This document shows, in pieces, positions 8,984 through 17,860 of a DNA stretch of 64,000 bases. Source of the stretch: a virus. Within the stretch, counting starts at the first letter, position 1. Each line of letters starts with the position of its first letter. The notes beneath the pieces were generated by a model, which had not been told where the DNA came from, did no database searches, and was given only the letters and a program-made list of their open reading frames with translations. A program made the position numbers and the translations under genes. The stretch lies in the IMG/VR virus record IMGVR_UViG_3300025732_000023, positions 34,732 to 98,731 of that record; one strand, given 5' to 3'.

Positions 8984-10710
8984 TAGTCTTGTGCTTGTGG
9001 AGACATCATACGAGAAAAACCTTTGACTTTTTCAAACCTTATGACACTTTCAAATTTGTCATGCAGGTCTGACTTATGAGAGATCACAAAGATATTAGCA
9101 TCTTTAATCACATAACGGATAATCTTCAAGAACTCATCAGTGCCGAAACCATCAAGTGAAGAATCAAATACCTCATCCATAATCAGCAGATTGGTATTAA
9201 CGGAGTTTTTGACTCGGGCGACTTCTCTCCAAGTGAAGAGAAGGGCAAGGTCGATTCTCATTTTTTCACCCTCACTGAATGAACTATATGAAAAGTCTTC
9301 GTGAATGGGTGACTTTACCGTTTCGTTAAATTCTTCATCCAGATTGAAATTAATATAAAAATCCATCATCTGAAGGTAACGATTCACCTGCTGATTTATG
9401 AACGGAAGATACTTCTTAATTATCTTCGTTTTAACGCCATCGTCCTTGAGTAAGGAATAGGCAAAATCGTAATAAACGATTTCTTCTTTTTTCTTTGCTA
9501 ATTCTTCAAATGTTTTTTGGAGATTGGAGCGAAATTCTTCTAACTTCTCATGCTCAGTATTTCGGTTTGCAAGGTTTTGGGTAATTGTTTGAATTTCATT
9601 TTCAAGATCTCGGATTTGTCGCTGGTTAAGTGATATCCGAGTATTGTTTTGAGAAATCTCATGATTGAGTTTCGTAATCTCCTTGGAAAGTGCGTTGAAT
9701 TGACGCTCTCGTTCCTGTTCGAACTTTATTGTTTGTTCAAGTTCTTCATAACCATCTTTAAGTTCCTTTGCTTTATTTTGAGCGTCGGTAATTCTATTTA
9801 ACCGAAACTCTTCTTCGATAGTTTGGGTACATGTAGGGCATACCGTATTTTCAGTAAAAAACTTATGCTCTTTGGTAATTGCAGATACTTTCTGGGAGAT
9901 TTTACCTTTTAGATTGTTTAGTTTTACTAACTTATCACCAGCACCAATAACTTCTTCTTGTTCTTTTGTGAACTTAAAAATCTTTTCTTCTGTTTTAGAA
10001 TTTTCAGCAATATAAACACCAACCTCAGAATCTAATTTGGTAATCTTTTCCTTATTAGAATTAATATTGGCATTACCACGATTTTCCAGTTCTTCGATGA
10101 AGTCTTCCTGCATCTTCATCTTGTCCTTAATATTATCCTTCCTCAAATCAAGAGATTTGACCTGCTCCCTTTTTTCCCGAAGTTTATCCTTTACAAGGTT
10201 ATTCATTGCAGAGAATACACGAATATCCAAAAGATCTTCGATCACCTCACGACGATTCGATGTCGTAAGTTGCATAAATGGAACAAAAGTACTACTACCC
10301 AGAATTACAATCTGAGTAAAGGATTTGTAATTAAGTTTGAGAATACTTTCTTCAAGGATACGCTGCATCGCACGATCATCTGCTTCACGATGCATTGGAG
10401 TTCCATTTACAACTATATCAAATACTGATGGTTTGATACCACGTCGAATAAGATACTGACGAGTATTAATTGCAAACTCAACTTCAACAACACATTCTCT
10501 TTCATTAGTTGTGTTAACAAGTTGGGGTTTATTAATTTTCCTGAATGGTTTATTAAACAGAACAAAAGTCAAAGCATCCAGAATAGTGGACTTACCAGCT
10601 CCGTTTGTTCCAATAATAAGATTTGTGTGATTACTTTGGAAGTCAACTTCTGTAAAACTGTTTCCAGTTGAAAGAAAATTACGCCAACGGATCTTTTGAA
10701 AGGTTATCAT
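8983..10710 (-). CDS. g46: recombination endonuclease ATPase subunit gp46 (Rad50-like)
   Basis: GTNGAGKS, zinc hook CPTC, FSEGEK signature, LLIMDEVFD. Confidence 0.97.
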   Translation of the reverse strand: MITFQKIRWRNFLSTGNSFTEVDFQSNHTNLIIGTNGAGKSTILDALTFVLFNKPFRKINKPQLVNTTNERECVVEVEFAINTRQYLIRRGIKPSVFDIVVNGTPMHREADDRAMQRILEESILKLNYKSFTQIVILGSSTFVPFMQLTTSNRREVIEDLLDIRVFSAMNNLVKDKLREKREQVKSLDLRKDNIKDKMKMQEDFIEELENRGNANINSNKEKITKLDSEVGVYIAENSKTEEKIFKFTKEQEEVIGAGDKLVKLNNLKGKISQKVSAITKEHKFFTENTVCPTCTQTIEEEFRLNRITDAQNKAKELKDGYEELEQTIKFEQERERQFNALSKEITKLNHEISQNNTRISLNQRQIRDLENEIQTITQNLANRNTEHEKLEEFRSNLQKTFEELAKKKEEIVYYDFAYSLLKDDGVKTKIIKKYLPFINQQVNRYLQMMDFYINFNLDEEFNETVKSPIHEDFSYSSFSEGEKMRIDLALLFTWREVARVKNSVNTNLLIMDEVFDSSLDGFGTDEFLKIIRYVIKDANIFVISHKSDLHDKFESVIRFEKVKGFSRMMSPQAQD

Positions 10711-10966
10711 TCAGTTTAGGGGGAATAACAATATCGTTTGCTGTAACGACGGCATATTTGTAATTATACCTCTTACAGGTCATTATTGCAAGGGCATCAT
10801 CAACCTCTACAACATCCATTTCAGTATCTTCCTGATCTTCAAGCATCAAAGCATAACGAACGGCATCATCTTCTTCTTCAAAGAGGAAAAGAACCTTTTC
10901 CCCATATCTGTTTTGAACAGCGTATGCCCCGTCTTCTTTTTGATCTTTAAGAGTCAGAAGAAACAT
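10679..10966 (-). CDS. DUF3110-like protein
   Basis: VLFLFEEEDDAVRYALMLE motif resembles cyanobacterial DUF3110. Confidence 0.6.
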   Translation of the reverse strand: MFLLTLKDQKEDGAYAVQNRYGEKVLFLFEEEDDAVRYALMLEDQEDTEMDVVEVDDALAIMTCKRYNYKYAVVTANDIVIPPKLNDNLSKDPLA

Positions 10967-12006
10967 TACTCAACCTCGCAAGCTTGTGAGTATATCTTTT
11001 GTAAAATACCTTTGATGATTGATTTATCACAATCAATTTCAGATTCATCAATATATCTATTCAAAATAGAAATTGTATTTTCAGACTCTTCAACTTCAAA
11101 ATCTTCATCAATATGTATTTCAAAATTCTCTACGATTTTGAGTTCTTGAATTCCAGATGAATAAAGTTTATCAATGAATTTTTCAAACTTCTTAGGATCA
11201 GATTTCTTCTTTACAATGACCTTTACAATTTTTCCAACATACTCACGAGTATCAAATGTTTGATATGGAGTATCTTCATAGTAAACATTGTAGAAAAGTT
11301 TATATGGGTTATTGATCGGTTCAAATCCTAATGTTTCTGTGTCAAAGATATGAAATCCGCGAGTATCATTCACATCGTTCCAGAACATCTCATAGGGATT
11401 TCCTAGATAGTAGATTTTCCCGTTGTTCGATCGAGTGTGATAGTGTCCCGAGAAGACAAGTTCGAACTTCTCAAATAGTTCGCTTTCCATACCGTCTTCC
11501 ATGACGTGCCCGCGATGAGCTCTAAATCCGTTGAGTTCAAGGTGCCCCATCGCACACTTGCAAGATGTATTTTGAATAGATTTGAAAGTAGTCTCCTCAT
11601 TTTCTTGATTAATCCATGGAACAAAAAGTACTTTTAATTTATCTAACTTAACTTCTTCTACCTCAGAATAGATTTTGATATTATCATATTCTTTGAGAAG
11701 GAGACCTACTGAATTGACTGAGTTTGTATTCTTATAGTATGCTGTGTGGTTCCCAACAATCGTGTGAACAGTCACACCCAATTGTTGAAGGCGATCATAA
11801 TAGTTCTCTTTTGCCCATTCAAGTGCCCAAAGATCAATTGATCTACGGTTATCAAAAGTATCTCCCATATCGACAACAGTTTTGATATTGTTCTCTTCCA
11901 GATATGGAAAGAAAACGGTATCATAAAACTTTTTAAAATAGTCGTGGAGAAACTTGGACGATTTCCTAGCACCAAAATGCTGATCTGTAATGATCGCAAC
12001 CTTCAT
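10966..12006 (-). CDS. g47: recombination endonuclease nuclease subunit gp47 (Mre11-like)
   Basis: TDQHFG, GDTFD, GNH, SGHYH phosphoesterase motifs. Confidence 0.97.
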   Translation of the reverse strand: MKVAIITDQHFGARKSSKFLHDYFKKFYDTVFFPYLEENNIKTVVDMGDTFDNRRSIDLWALEWAKENYYDRLQQLGVTVHTIVGNHTAYYKNTNSVNSVGLLLKEYDNIKIYSEVEEVKLDKLKVLFVPWINQENEETTFKSIQNTSCKCAMGHLELNGFRAHRGHVMEDGMESELFEKFELVFSGHYHTRSNNGKIYYLGNPYEMFWNDVNDTRGFHIFDTETLGFEPINNPYKLFYNVYYEDTPYQTFDTREYVGKIVKVIVKKKSDPKKFEKFIDKLYSSGIQELKIVENFEIHIDEDFEVEESENTISILNRYIDESEIDCDKSIIKGILQKIYSQACEVE

Positions 12007-12527
12007 CGATTCTTGTAAGCAATATTGTCCTTGATCGTATTATAGTCGGAACTGCTGCCAGAAAGCAAGCTATCGTCAACCATCATTACCTCATCAAAAC
12101 CAGTCCGTTCGATGATCTTGGTCTTGATTTCAAGTTGCTTCTTTTCTTTCTGAATACGACGGAGAAAAGCGTAGTGAATGATTTGAGTAAAGTATGCAAA
12201 TGGATTCTTTGACTTCTCTGGATCAAAGTTATGAATATACTGGACGCAGTTTTCAATACCATCAGAGATCATATCATCCCGAAACATATAGTTCACAAAG
12301 TTCGGTTTGTATGAGAGGTGTGTAGCGATTTTAAGAAAACATTCGCCAAGATAGTTTGAGATTGGTGGTTTACCTTCCCAGTGCTTTGCTCTTTCTTCTT
12401 TTGGTTGCTTTGTAAGATCTTTATCGTAAATCTTCAAGTATGACTTTTCAACTTTTGTTCTATAAACAATCAGTGCTTCAAGTAACTCCTTGTTATTTAC
12501 ATAATGTTCTGATTTCTTTTTGGACAT
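12003..12527 (-). CDS. g55: late transcription sigma factor gp55
   Basis: HYVNNKE...YKPNFVNY...NPFAYFTQIIHYAFLRRIQKEK. Confidence 0.97.
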   Translation of the reverse strand: MSKKKSEHYVNNKELLEALIVYRTKVEKSYLKIYDKDLTKQPKEERAKHWEGKPPISNYLGECFLKIATHLSYKPNFVNYMFRDDMISDGIENCVQYIHNFDPEKSKNPFAYFTQIIHYAFLRRIQKEKKQLEIKTKIIERTGFDEVMMVDDSLLSGSSSDYNTIKDNIAYKNR

Positions 12528-12563
12528 AACATCGGTCTCAGTAGATAAATTTTTGTTATGTTC

Positions 12564-12572
12564 ATTATAGCA
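12564..12572 (-). promoter_or_regulatory. extended -10 promoter for g55
   Basis: TGcTATAAT on the minus strand, about 36 nt upstream of the g55 start. Confidence 0.6.
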
Positions 12573-12584
12573 TACTTTGGGGGC

Positions 12585-12613
12585 TTGACAACATTGGAAA
12601 TTATGAGTAGAAT
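12585..12613 (+). promoter_or_regulatory. near-consensus sigma70 promoter, antisense orientation
   Basis: TTGACA-N17-TAGAAT on the plus strand. Confidence 0.65.
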
Positions 12614-12640
12614 CTCTTTGTTCCCGTTGAAGATCAGATT

Positions 12641-13054
12641 CTAGCTTTCTTTATTATCTTTAAGGTCTTTACGGAAAATATTCTCCAAAGTCTTTCTAGC
12701 ATCTTCAACAGAAGAGATATATCCCATTTTATTAGATATCTGAACCTTACCATCTAGTTCAATATCAACATCTTCATCATTAATATATCTTTCGTAAAAG
12801 GTTATCATTTGACTTTCTTTTACTTCAGTCATAGTAACGATCTTATCGTACTTAATGATAAAGAAATCATCAGATGGTACTTCCATCCAAGGTTTTACTT
12901 TAACGTACTGTCCTATGTGATTAGTAACAACTTTCATTATGACAGGATTTTGAAGTATTACAATAGGATCCCCATCGTTATCATCAACGCATATTAAAGA
13001 AAATATTTCTTCACCTGTAACAAGTTTGATTGCTGCGTAAAACTCTTCTCCCAT
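12641..13054 (-). CDS. conserved hypothetical protein (possibly Sm-like fold)
   Basis: IKLVTGEEI...LQNP...PWM pattern; usual position between uvsW and g55. Confidence 0.75.
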   Translation of the reverse strand: MGEEFYAAIKLVTGEEIFSLICVDDNDGDPIVILQNPVIMKVVTNHIGQYVKVKPWMEVPSDDFFIIKYDKIVTMTEVKESQMITFYERYINDEDVDIELDGKVQISNKMGYISSVEDARKTLENIFRKDLKDNKES

Positions 13055-14517
13055 TAGTTTTTTAGCGGTATGTTTACAATATCATAGTTAAAGTTTTCTT
13101 CGTTATAAACTTTGATTCGCTCGATTAAATGATTGAGTGTATAATTTTTTCTTGACTTATAACTGATATCATCGGCAATATCATATAAAGTCGCTTTTGT
13201 CTTGTTGTCTCCTTTTCTTAGAACTCTTCCAATTGATTGGAGATTTCTAATTCTTGATTTACTTGGAGAAGCAAAGATAACATTATGTAGGTTTTTAATA
13301 TTAATGCCTGTTGAAAAAGTTCCGTAAGAAGCAACAATGATTGCGTTATTTTCTTTTTCGGTAATTTCTCTAACTTTTTCTCTGTCTTCTGTGTCTACTC
13401 CACCGTGTACAAAAAACACGTGACGATTTTCATCGATATTCTTATTTATGAGTTCATATAAAGGTTGACCATGACCTTCAACTCTTGAAAAAAGAATTAA
13501 AGTATTACCTTTGAGATCAAGAGCAAGATTGCGAATAAACTTGTTACGTTTTTCATGATTGATGATATATTGAACTTCATCCTCAAAGGTCTCAAACTTA
13601 TTTGGTGGGTGTTTCAATAGCAGTATATTGATATCCAATTTGGCAACGTGACCCTTTTGCATTAGTTCTTCTGTTCTAATGATCTTGTATGAAGGGCCAA
13701 ATAAACCTTCTAGAACCCATTTGTGAGTTTGTGTTCCGTCTAGAGTTCCTGTAAAACCGTAACGAAATTTAGCATCAGAAAGTTTTGTCATTATAGATAC
13801 TAATGACTTTGATTTAAACTGGTGTGCTTCATCTCCAACGACCACATTGAATCTTGAAAAGTATTGACGCGGAAGTTTGTAGATGGACTGCCAGGTTGTA
13901 ATGATCACCTGAGAGTCAGTTTCCCTCTCCTTTCCTGCGTATATCTTGTGGCAGTATGAACCCACGTCCCACCCATAATCTGCAAAGTCTTTATACATCT
14001 GCTCTACAAGGGATGTCGTTGGAACGACTATCAGAGTATTTTGTCCTTTCTCAACGTAGTATCTCACAATCGAATATATCATCAATGACTTTCCAGAAGC
14101 AGTTGGAGATATCAACAACTTTCGATTGTGTCTTAAAGCGTCGTATACTCCCTCAACTTGGTACTCACGGGGAGCATACTTGCAAATAGAAGTCATATAG
14201 TCTTTGACTCCTTCCTTTGAGATATGTTCGTTTACTTCAAAAGGAAGTCCATAGAACTTATTATTTGTAAATTCATAACTATAATCATGAGTCTCACAAA
14301 ATCTTGTAATTTTATCTAACAAACCTACATAAATTTCACCAGTCTGCGTATTAAATAACCGAATTTTTCCATCCCAGTGCCTGTTACGGAACTGGGGCAT
14401 AAACTTGGCACCTGGTACGTCAAACGTGAACTGGTCTGCTAATTCATAATAGACGTGAGGTTCTGCTTTTACCTGGAGATAGACCTCATTCTTTTTAGAT
14501 ATAACCAAGTGTGACAT
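13054..14517 (-). CDS. uvsW: UvsW DNA helicase
   Basis: PTASGKS, DEAH, TGT, QSIGRVLR. Confidence 0.97.
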   Translation of the reverse strand: MSHLVISKKNEVYLQVKAEPHVYYELADQFTFDVPGAKFMPQFRNRHWDGKIRLFNTQTGEIYVGLLDKITRFCETHDYSYEFTNNKFYGLPFEVNEHISKEGVKDYMTSICKYAPREYQVEGVYDALRHNRKLLISPTASGKSLMIYSIVRYYVEKGQNTLIVVPTTSLVEQMYKDFADYGWDVGSYCHKIYAGKERETDSQVIITTWQSIYKLPRQYFSRFNVVVGDEAHQFKSKSLVSIMTKLSDAKFRYGFTGTLDGTQTHKWVLEGLFGPSYKIIRTEELMQKGHVAKLDINILLLKHPPNKFETFEDEVQYIINHEKRNKFIRNLALDLKGNTLILFSRVEGHGQPLYELINKNIDENRHVFFVHGGVDTEDREKVREITEKENNAIIVASYGTFSTGINIKNLHNVIFASPSKSRIRNLQSIGRVLRKGDNKTKATLYDIADDISYKSRKNYTLNHLIERIKVYNEENFNYDIVNIPLKN

Positions 14518-14552
14518 AAGTTCATATCAATACAAAAATATTTATTGCCAAT

Positions 14553-14574
14553 AAAAAAGAGGCATTTCTGCCTC
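14553..14574 (-). terminator. intrinsic terminator after uvsY
   Basis: GAGGCA-GAAA-TGCCTC followed by T6. Confidence 0.75.
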
Positions 14575-15004
14575 AGTTAAATCCTGCTTGGAATCTATGC
14601 CATTCAATGGCATTTTTGATTTGATAAGTTCTATTTGAAATTGTTTTGATTACTTCTTCTAGAAACTTTAACATAATGTCATAGTATCTAATTTTGAGAT
14701 CTATCTTATTCAGTTTCTCATCGGCATCCATATGCCTCTGCAATGCCTCTTTATCTCTAACCTTGTACGGGAAAGGTTCTTCTTCGTAAACCTCAATAGA
14801 TGCCTTTCCTGTATAGTAATTATACCGTTCGAGTTTTACCTTATTGTGAGTCTCTCTTGCACGTTCACGCAACAAAGTAATCGTATTGTAAACTGTATAG
14901 TACTTTGCGTGCAATTGTGGAATTTTTAAAGACTCATCGTGTAAGTTATCAGGATCTATGACAGAATCTTTCTGCCACATCTCCTGAATTTGATCAAGAT
15001 CCAT
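14573..15004 (-). CDS. uvsY: UvsY recombination mediator
   Basis: ESLKIPQLHAKY...YYTG...RTYQIKNAIEWHRFQAG. Confidence 0.93.
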   Translation of the reverse strand: MDLDQIQEMWQKDSVIDPDNLHDESLKIPQLHAKYYTVYNTITLLRERARETHNKVKLERYNYYTGKASIEVYEEEPFPYKVRDKEALQRHMDADEKLNKIDLKIRYYDIMLKFLEEVIKTISNRTYQIKNAIEWHRFQAGFN

Positions 15005-15537
15005 TAAGTCGATGATTTCAGTTGATACACAGTATACTTGAAAGATGCCTCTGCTGTAAAGTATTGAACGTCAGATGCTGACGCATCAAAATCAAGAGAA
15101 CTCAATGAGACTGGAAATAGATCTAAAAATTTAACCTTTGCAACTTCCTTAAAGTTACTGTTCAAAACACGAAGAGTTCCATCACTAAATTGTGCCTTCA
15201 TATCTCTTTTGTTTTCAACAGTTGTCAGATCTTTAAATTGAGTTGTAATTTCTGGGAAACCTAATCCAACTAACCAATCATAAATTGTAATATAATTTTC
15301 CATATTTTCATCAACAATAAATTTTATAGTCAGATCTCCATAATTTAATTTTTCACCTGGAACATCAAGGTCCTTTAAATATGTTGATTGTCTAGCAACG
15401 TCCAAAGTAATTTGTGGTATTCTGGCACTATTGGAGAAAAAATCTACTTTTGGATATCTTGCCAAAGTAAATTTGAATCCAGTGACAGATAAAAAGTTTC
15501 TGTTACTAATTTGGTTTGCCCAATTACAATTTGTCAT
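15004..15537 (-). CDS. g3: tail completion / sheath stabilizer gp3
   Basis: NFLSVTGFKF...PGEKLNYGDL...VDENMENY...FPVSLS; synteny. Confidence 0.9.
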   Translation of the reverse strand: MTNCNWANQISNRNFLSVTGFKFTLARYPKVDFFSNSARIPQITLDVARQSTYLKDLDVPGEKLNYGDLTIKFIVDENMENYITIYDWLVGLGFPEITTQFKDLTTVENKRDMKAQFSDGTLRVLNSNFKEVAKVKFLDLFPVSLSSLDFDASASDVQYFTAEASFKYTVYQLKSST

Positions 15538-15608
15538 TATTTTTTCTTAGTTGGAACTATTTTTGGAATGCTCATATTTACCTTTATACCCAAATCAGGA
15601 ATTTTTGG

Positions 15609-16178
15609 TTATGGTTGTGATAAAGTTTTGACGTAAACTTTTTGTTTACCTGCTTCTATTGCAGTAATATTGGGATTTCCTGTAAAATCTCTAGTAGTTT
15701 GTAATGCTGCATCTAAATATACTGATTTATTATGATCTCCAGCTGATCCAAAGTTTCCAGTGTCACGAACAGTAGTTGACGCAATTGGGGCCTTTGTTCC
15801 TGGTGCTTTTGTTATTTGTAACTTTGTTCCAAATGGAATAGAAGGTTTAGAGCTTGTTCTAGATGCATATGGAACAGCAACTAGCCTTTGAGTGTCATCA
15901 AATTTATGACCACTTGCAGTTAATGATCCGGGAGTATCTGCCTTACTGTAAGTGCTTACAGTTACTGGTTTCCAACCATATCTCTGTTGTTCTACTTCGG
16001 TATGAGGACGTTGGGTGAATTTTCCAGTAGACTTATCTAAAACACCAGGTTTATAGTTCTTGTAAGCAAGAACTTTTGTGTTTGCTTTTGGTTTTACTTG
16101 TGGTTTAGATGCAAATGGATTCCAAAATTCTAAAATATCAGCATCACCACAAAATTCTTTAAAAGTTTTCATTATCAA
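15609..16178 (-). CDS. RlpA-like / 3D double-psi beta-barrel (lytic transglycosylase-like) protein with capsid-targeting-like leader
   Basis: MKTFKEF leader (likely start 16172); TASG...VAVP...PFGTKLQI...VRDTG...LD pattern. Confidence 0.6.
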   Translation of the reverse strand: MIMKTFKEFCGDADILEFWNPFASKPQVKPKANTKVLAYKNYKPGVLDKSTGKFTQRPHTEVEQQRYGWKPVTVSTYSKADTPGSLTASGHKFDDTQRLVAVPYASRTSSKPSIPFGTKLQITKAPGTKAPIASTTVRDTGNFGSAGDHNKSVYLDAALQTTRDFTGNPNITAIEAGKQKVYVKTLSQP

Positions 16179-16333
16179 TCATTGATAATGAGATTAAACC
16201 AAGTTTCACTCATACCATTGATGATGCTATCTGCAGATTCCTTATCTTGGGCATAACCTTCACTGATAAGATGCTCAACAACCTTTTCGTAGTTCTTATG
16301 AATTTCTTGCGATTGCTTAGGAGTAGGCTTCAT
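16175..16333 (-). CDS. stand-alone LxxEGY-module protein (52 aa; start re-called at MKPTPKQ)
   Basis: YEKVVEHLISEGYAQDKESADSIINGMSETW; the longer ORF-track start would span the g23 terminator; CTAAATA at 16354-16360. Confidence 0.7.
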   Translation of the reverse strand: MKPTPKQSQEIHKNYEKVVEHLISEGYAQDKESADSIINGMSETWFNLIIND

Positions 16334-16362
16334 TTTTCTACTAGTTTTATTTTTATTTAGAT

Positions 16363-16390
16363 AAAAAAAGACCCCCCTTTCGGGAGGTCT
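16363..16390 (-). terminator. intrinsic terminator after g23
   Basis: AGACCTCCC-GAAA-GGGGGGTCT followed by a T run. Confidence 0.85.
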
Positions 16391-16410
16391 GATAGATATG
16401 TGAATCGAGA

Positions 16411-17811
16411 TCACATAAGGTTGGTAACCTTGACTCTTCTGTAGTAACGGTTTGCGTTACGTACCAGACCGTCGCCAGTGATAGCGGTTGTACCCTGTGA
16501 GAATGGGTTAGCAACGATACCATAGCGGGTCTTGAAGCCAATCTTGGGCTGGAAGGTGTCCTCACCAACCGCACGTACCATCTGGAGAGGTACATATGGG
16601 CAATAGAACAGACCTGCATCATAAGGGGAAGAACCCTTATAACCAACAACGTAGTACTGGTTAGCAGAAACGTTTGCCGAATAAGGATCGATATAAACAC
16701 GATACTTACCTTGCAGAACACCAGCGAAGGTGTTGCCAGTGTCATCAACGTTCAGGTTAGCGTTGAGCGCAGGGGTGTAATCAAGTACACCAGCCATTGT
16801 CAGGGCGGAAGCAACGTCTGCGGAGCAGAGGATCATGTTGCCCTTTCCACGACGAGTTCTTTGTGCGATTGCGTTAGCGTCGCGCTCGATCTGGAAGATA
16901 AGACCCTTGAACTTCTCAACTGACCAACGACCGTTAGAGTCAACGTCGAGGTCGAAAGTACCAGCGGTAGCAACGTTTGCCTGAGCACCAGACTCAGCAA
17001 CGTTATAGATGGTACGGATAACTTCGCGGTTGATTTCTGCGAGGATCTCGGTGCTGAGGATGTTTGCAAGCTCAGCTTCTGCATTCAGACCGTGAATTGC
17101 CTTCAGGTCTTGTGCGAGTTCGAGTGAGTACTCAGCTTTCAGTGCTCTGGACTTCGCAGTAACGGTGACCTTCTCGATCGAGAATGCCATCTCATTGAAG
17201 TGACCCTCAGTGCCGTCGCCAAGATTCTCAGCAACATCGGTACGCATACCCTGACCTACGTTGTAGGTTTGAGCATCGCCAGTTGCAGGGTAGGTAGCAT
17301 CCAGAAGACCAGGATTGGTTCCTCTTTGTGCAGTAGTACCAAGACCAACGGTTCCGTTAGTCCAACCCTGAGTGTTGTTGAGGTTGGTTGACTGGCCAGA
17401 GAATGCAGTATCCGCTTCGTTGAACAGTGCTTCGGTGCCGCTCTGGGTGTTGTACTTCGAGCGCATTGCGAAGATGAGTCCAGTAGGACCGTTCATTGGT
17501 TGAACGCCAGCGAGGTCATAAGCGACCAGGTTAGGCATTGAACGTCTGATCAGGGAGATCAGAACTGGGTCGAAACCTGCAACAGGGGCGGAAGCACCAG
17601 CGGAGAAACCAGGATTACCGGTTCCAGAAAGGGTGCTAACAGTAGGACCTTCAGAGAGGAATGCTCTCTCCTCACGGAGTTCTCTCTCTTGGTTTTCTAG
17701 CAGGATAGCGGTTACCGCTCTACGATGCGAATCTTTGATTGAATCAAGACCCTCATAGTCGAGGATAGGTGCCCACTTCTCCTGCAATTGCTCAGCATTG
17801 AACATTTGCAT
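16411..17811 (-). CDS. g23: major capsid protein gp23
   Basis: GVQPMNGPTGLIFAMR, SRALKAEYSLELAQDLKAIHG, FQPKIGFKTRYG. Confidence 0.99.
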   Translation of the reverse strand: MQMFNAEQLQEKWAPILDYEGLDSIKDSHRRAVTAILLENQERELREERAFLSEGPTVSTLSGTGNPGFSAGASAPVAGFDPVLISLIRRSMPNLVAYDLAGVQPMNGPTGLIFAMRSKYNTQSGTEALFNEADTAFSGQSTNLNNTQGWTNGTVGLGTTAQRGTNPGLLDATYPATGDAQTYNVGQGMRTDVAENLGDGTEGHFNEMAFSIEKVTVTAKSRALKAEYSLELAQDLKAIHGLNAEAELANILSTEILAEINREVIRTIYNVAESGAQANVATAGTFDLDVDSNGRWSVEKFKGLIFQIERDANAIAQRTRRGKGNMILCSADVASALTMAGVLDYTPALNANLNVDDTGNTFAGVLQGKYRVYIDPYSANVSANQYYVVGYKGSSPYDAGLFYCPYVPLQMVRAVGEDTFQPKIGFKTRYGIVANPFSQGTTAITGDGLVRNANRYYRRVKVTNLM

Positions 17812-17860
17812 TTGAATTTACCTCTTTTAAAAGTGTTGTTGTTTGATTATGATCTAAAAA

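Noticed and set aside
8887-9072. Hydrophobic 61-aa plus-strand ORF resembling a membrane peptide
   Set aside because: Antisense of the Lys-rich 48-aa ORF and the g46 end; the hydrophobicity results from complementing A-rich codons
16334-16414. N-terminal extension of the ORF-track 79-aa call
   Set aside because: Spans the g23 terminator and a late promoter; ATG at 16333 is more plausible
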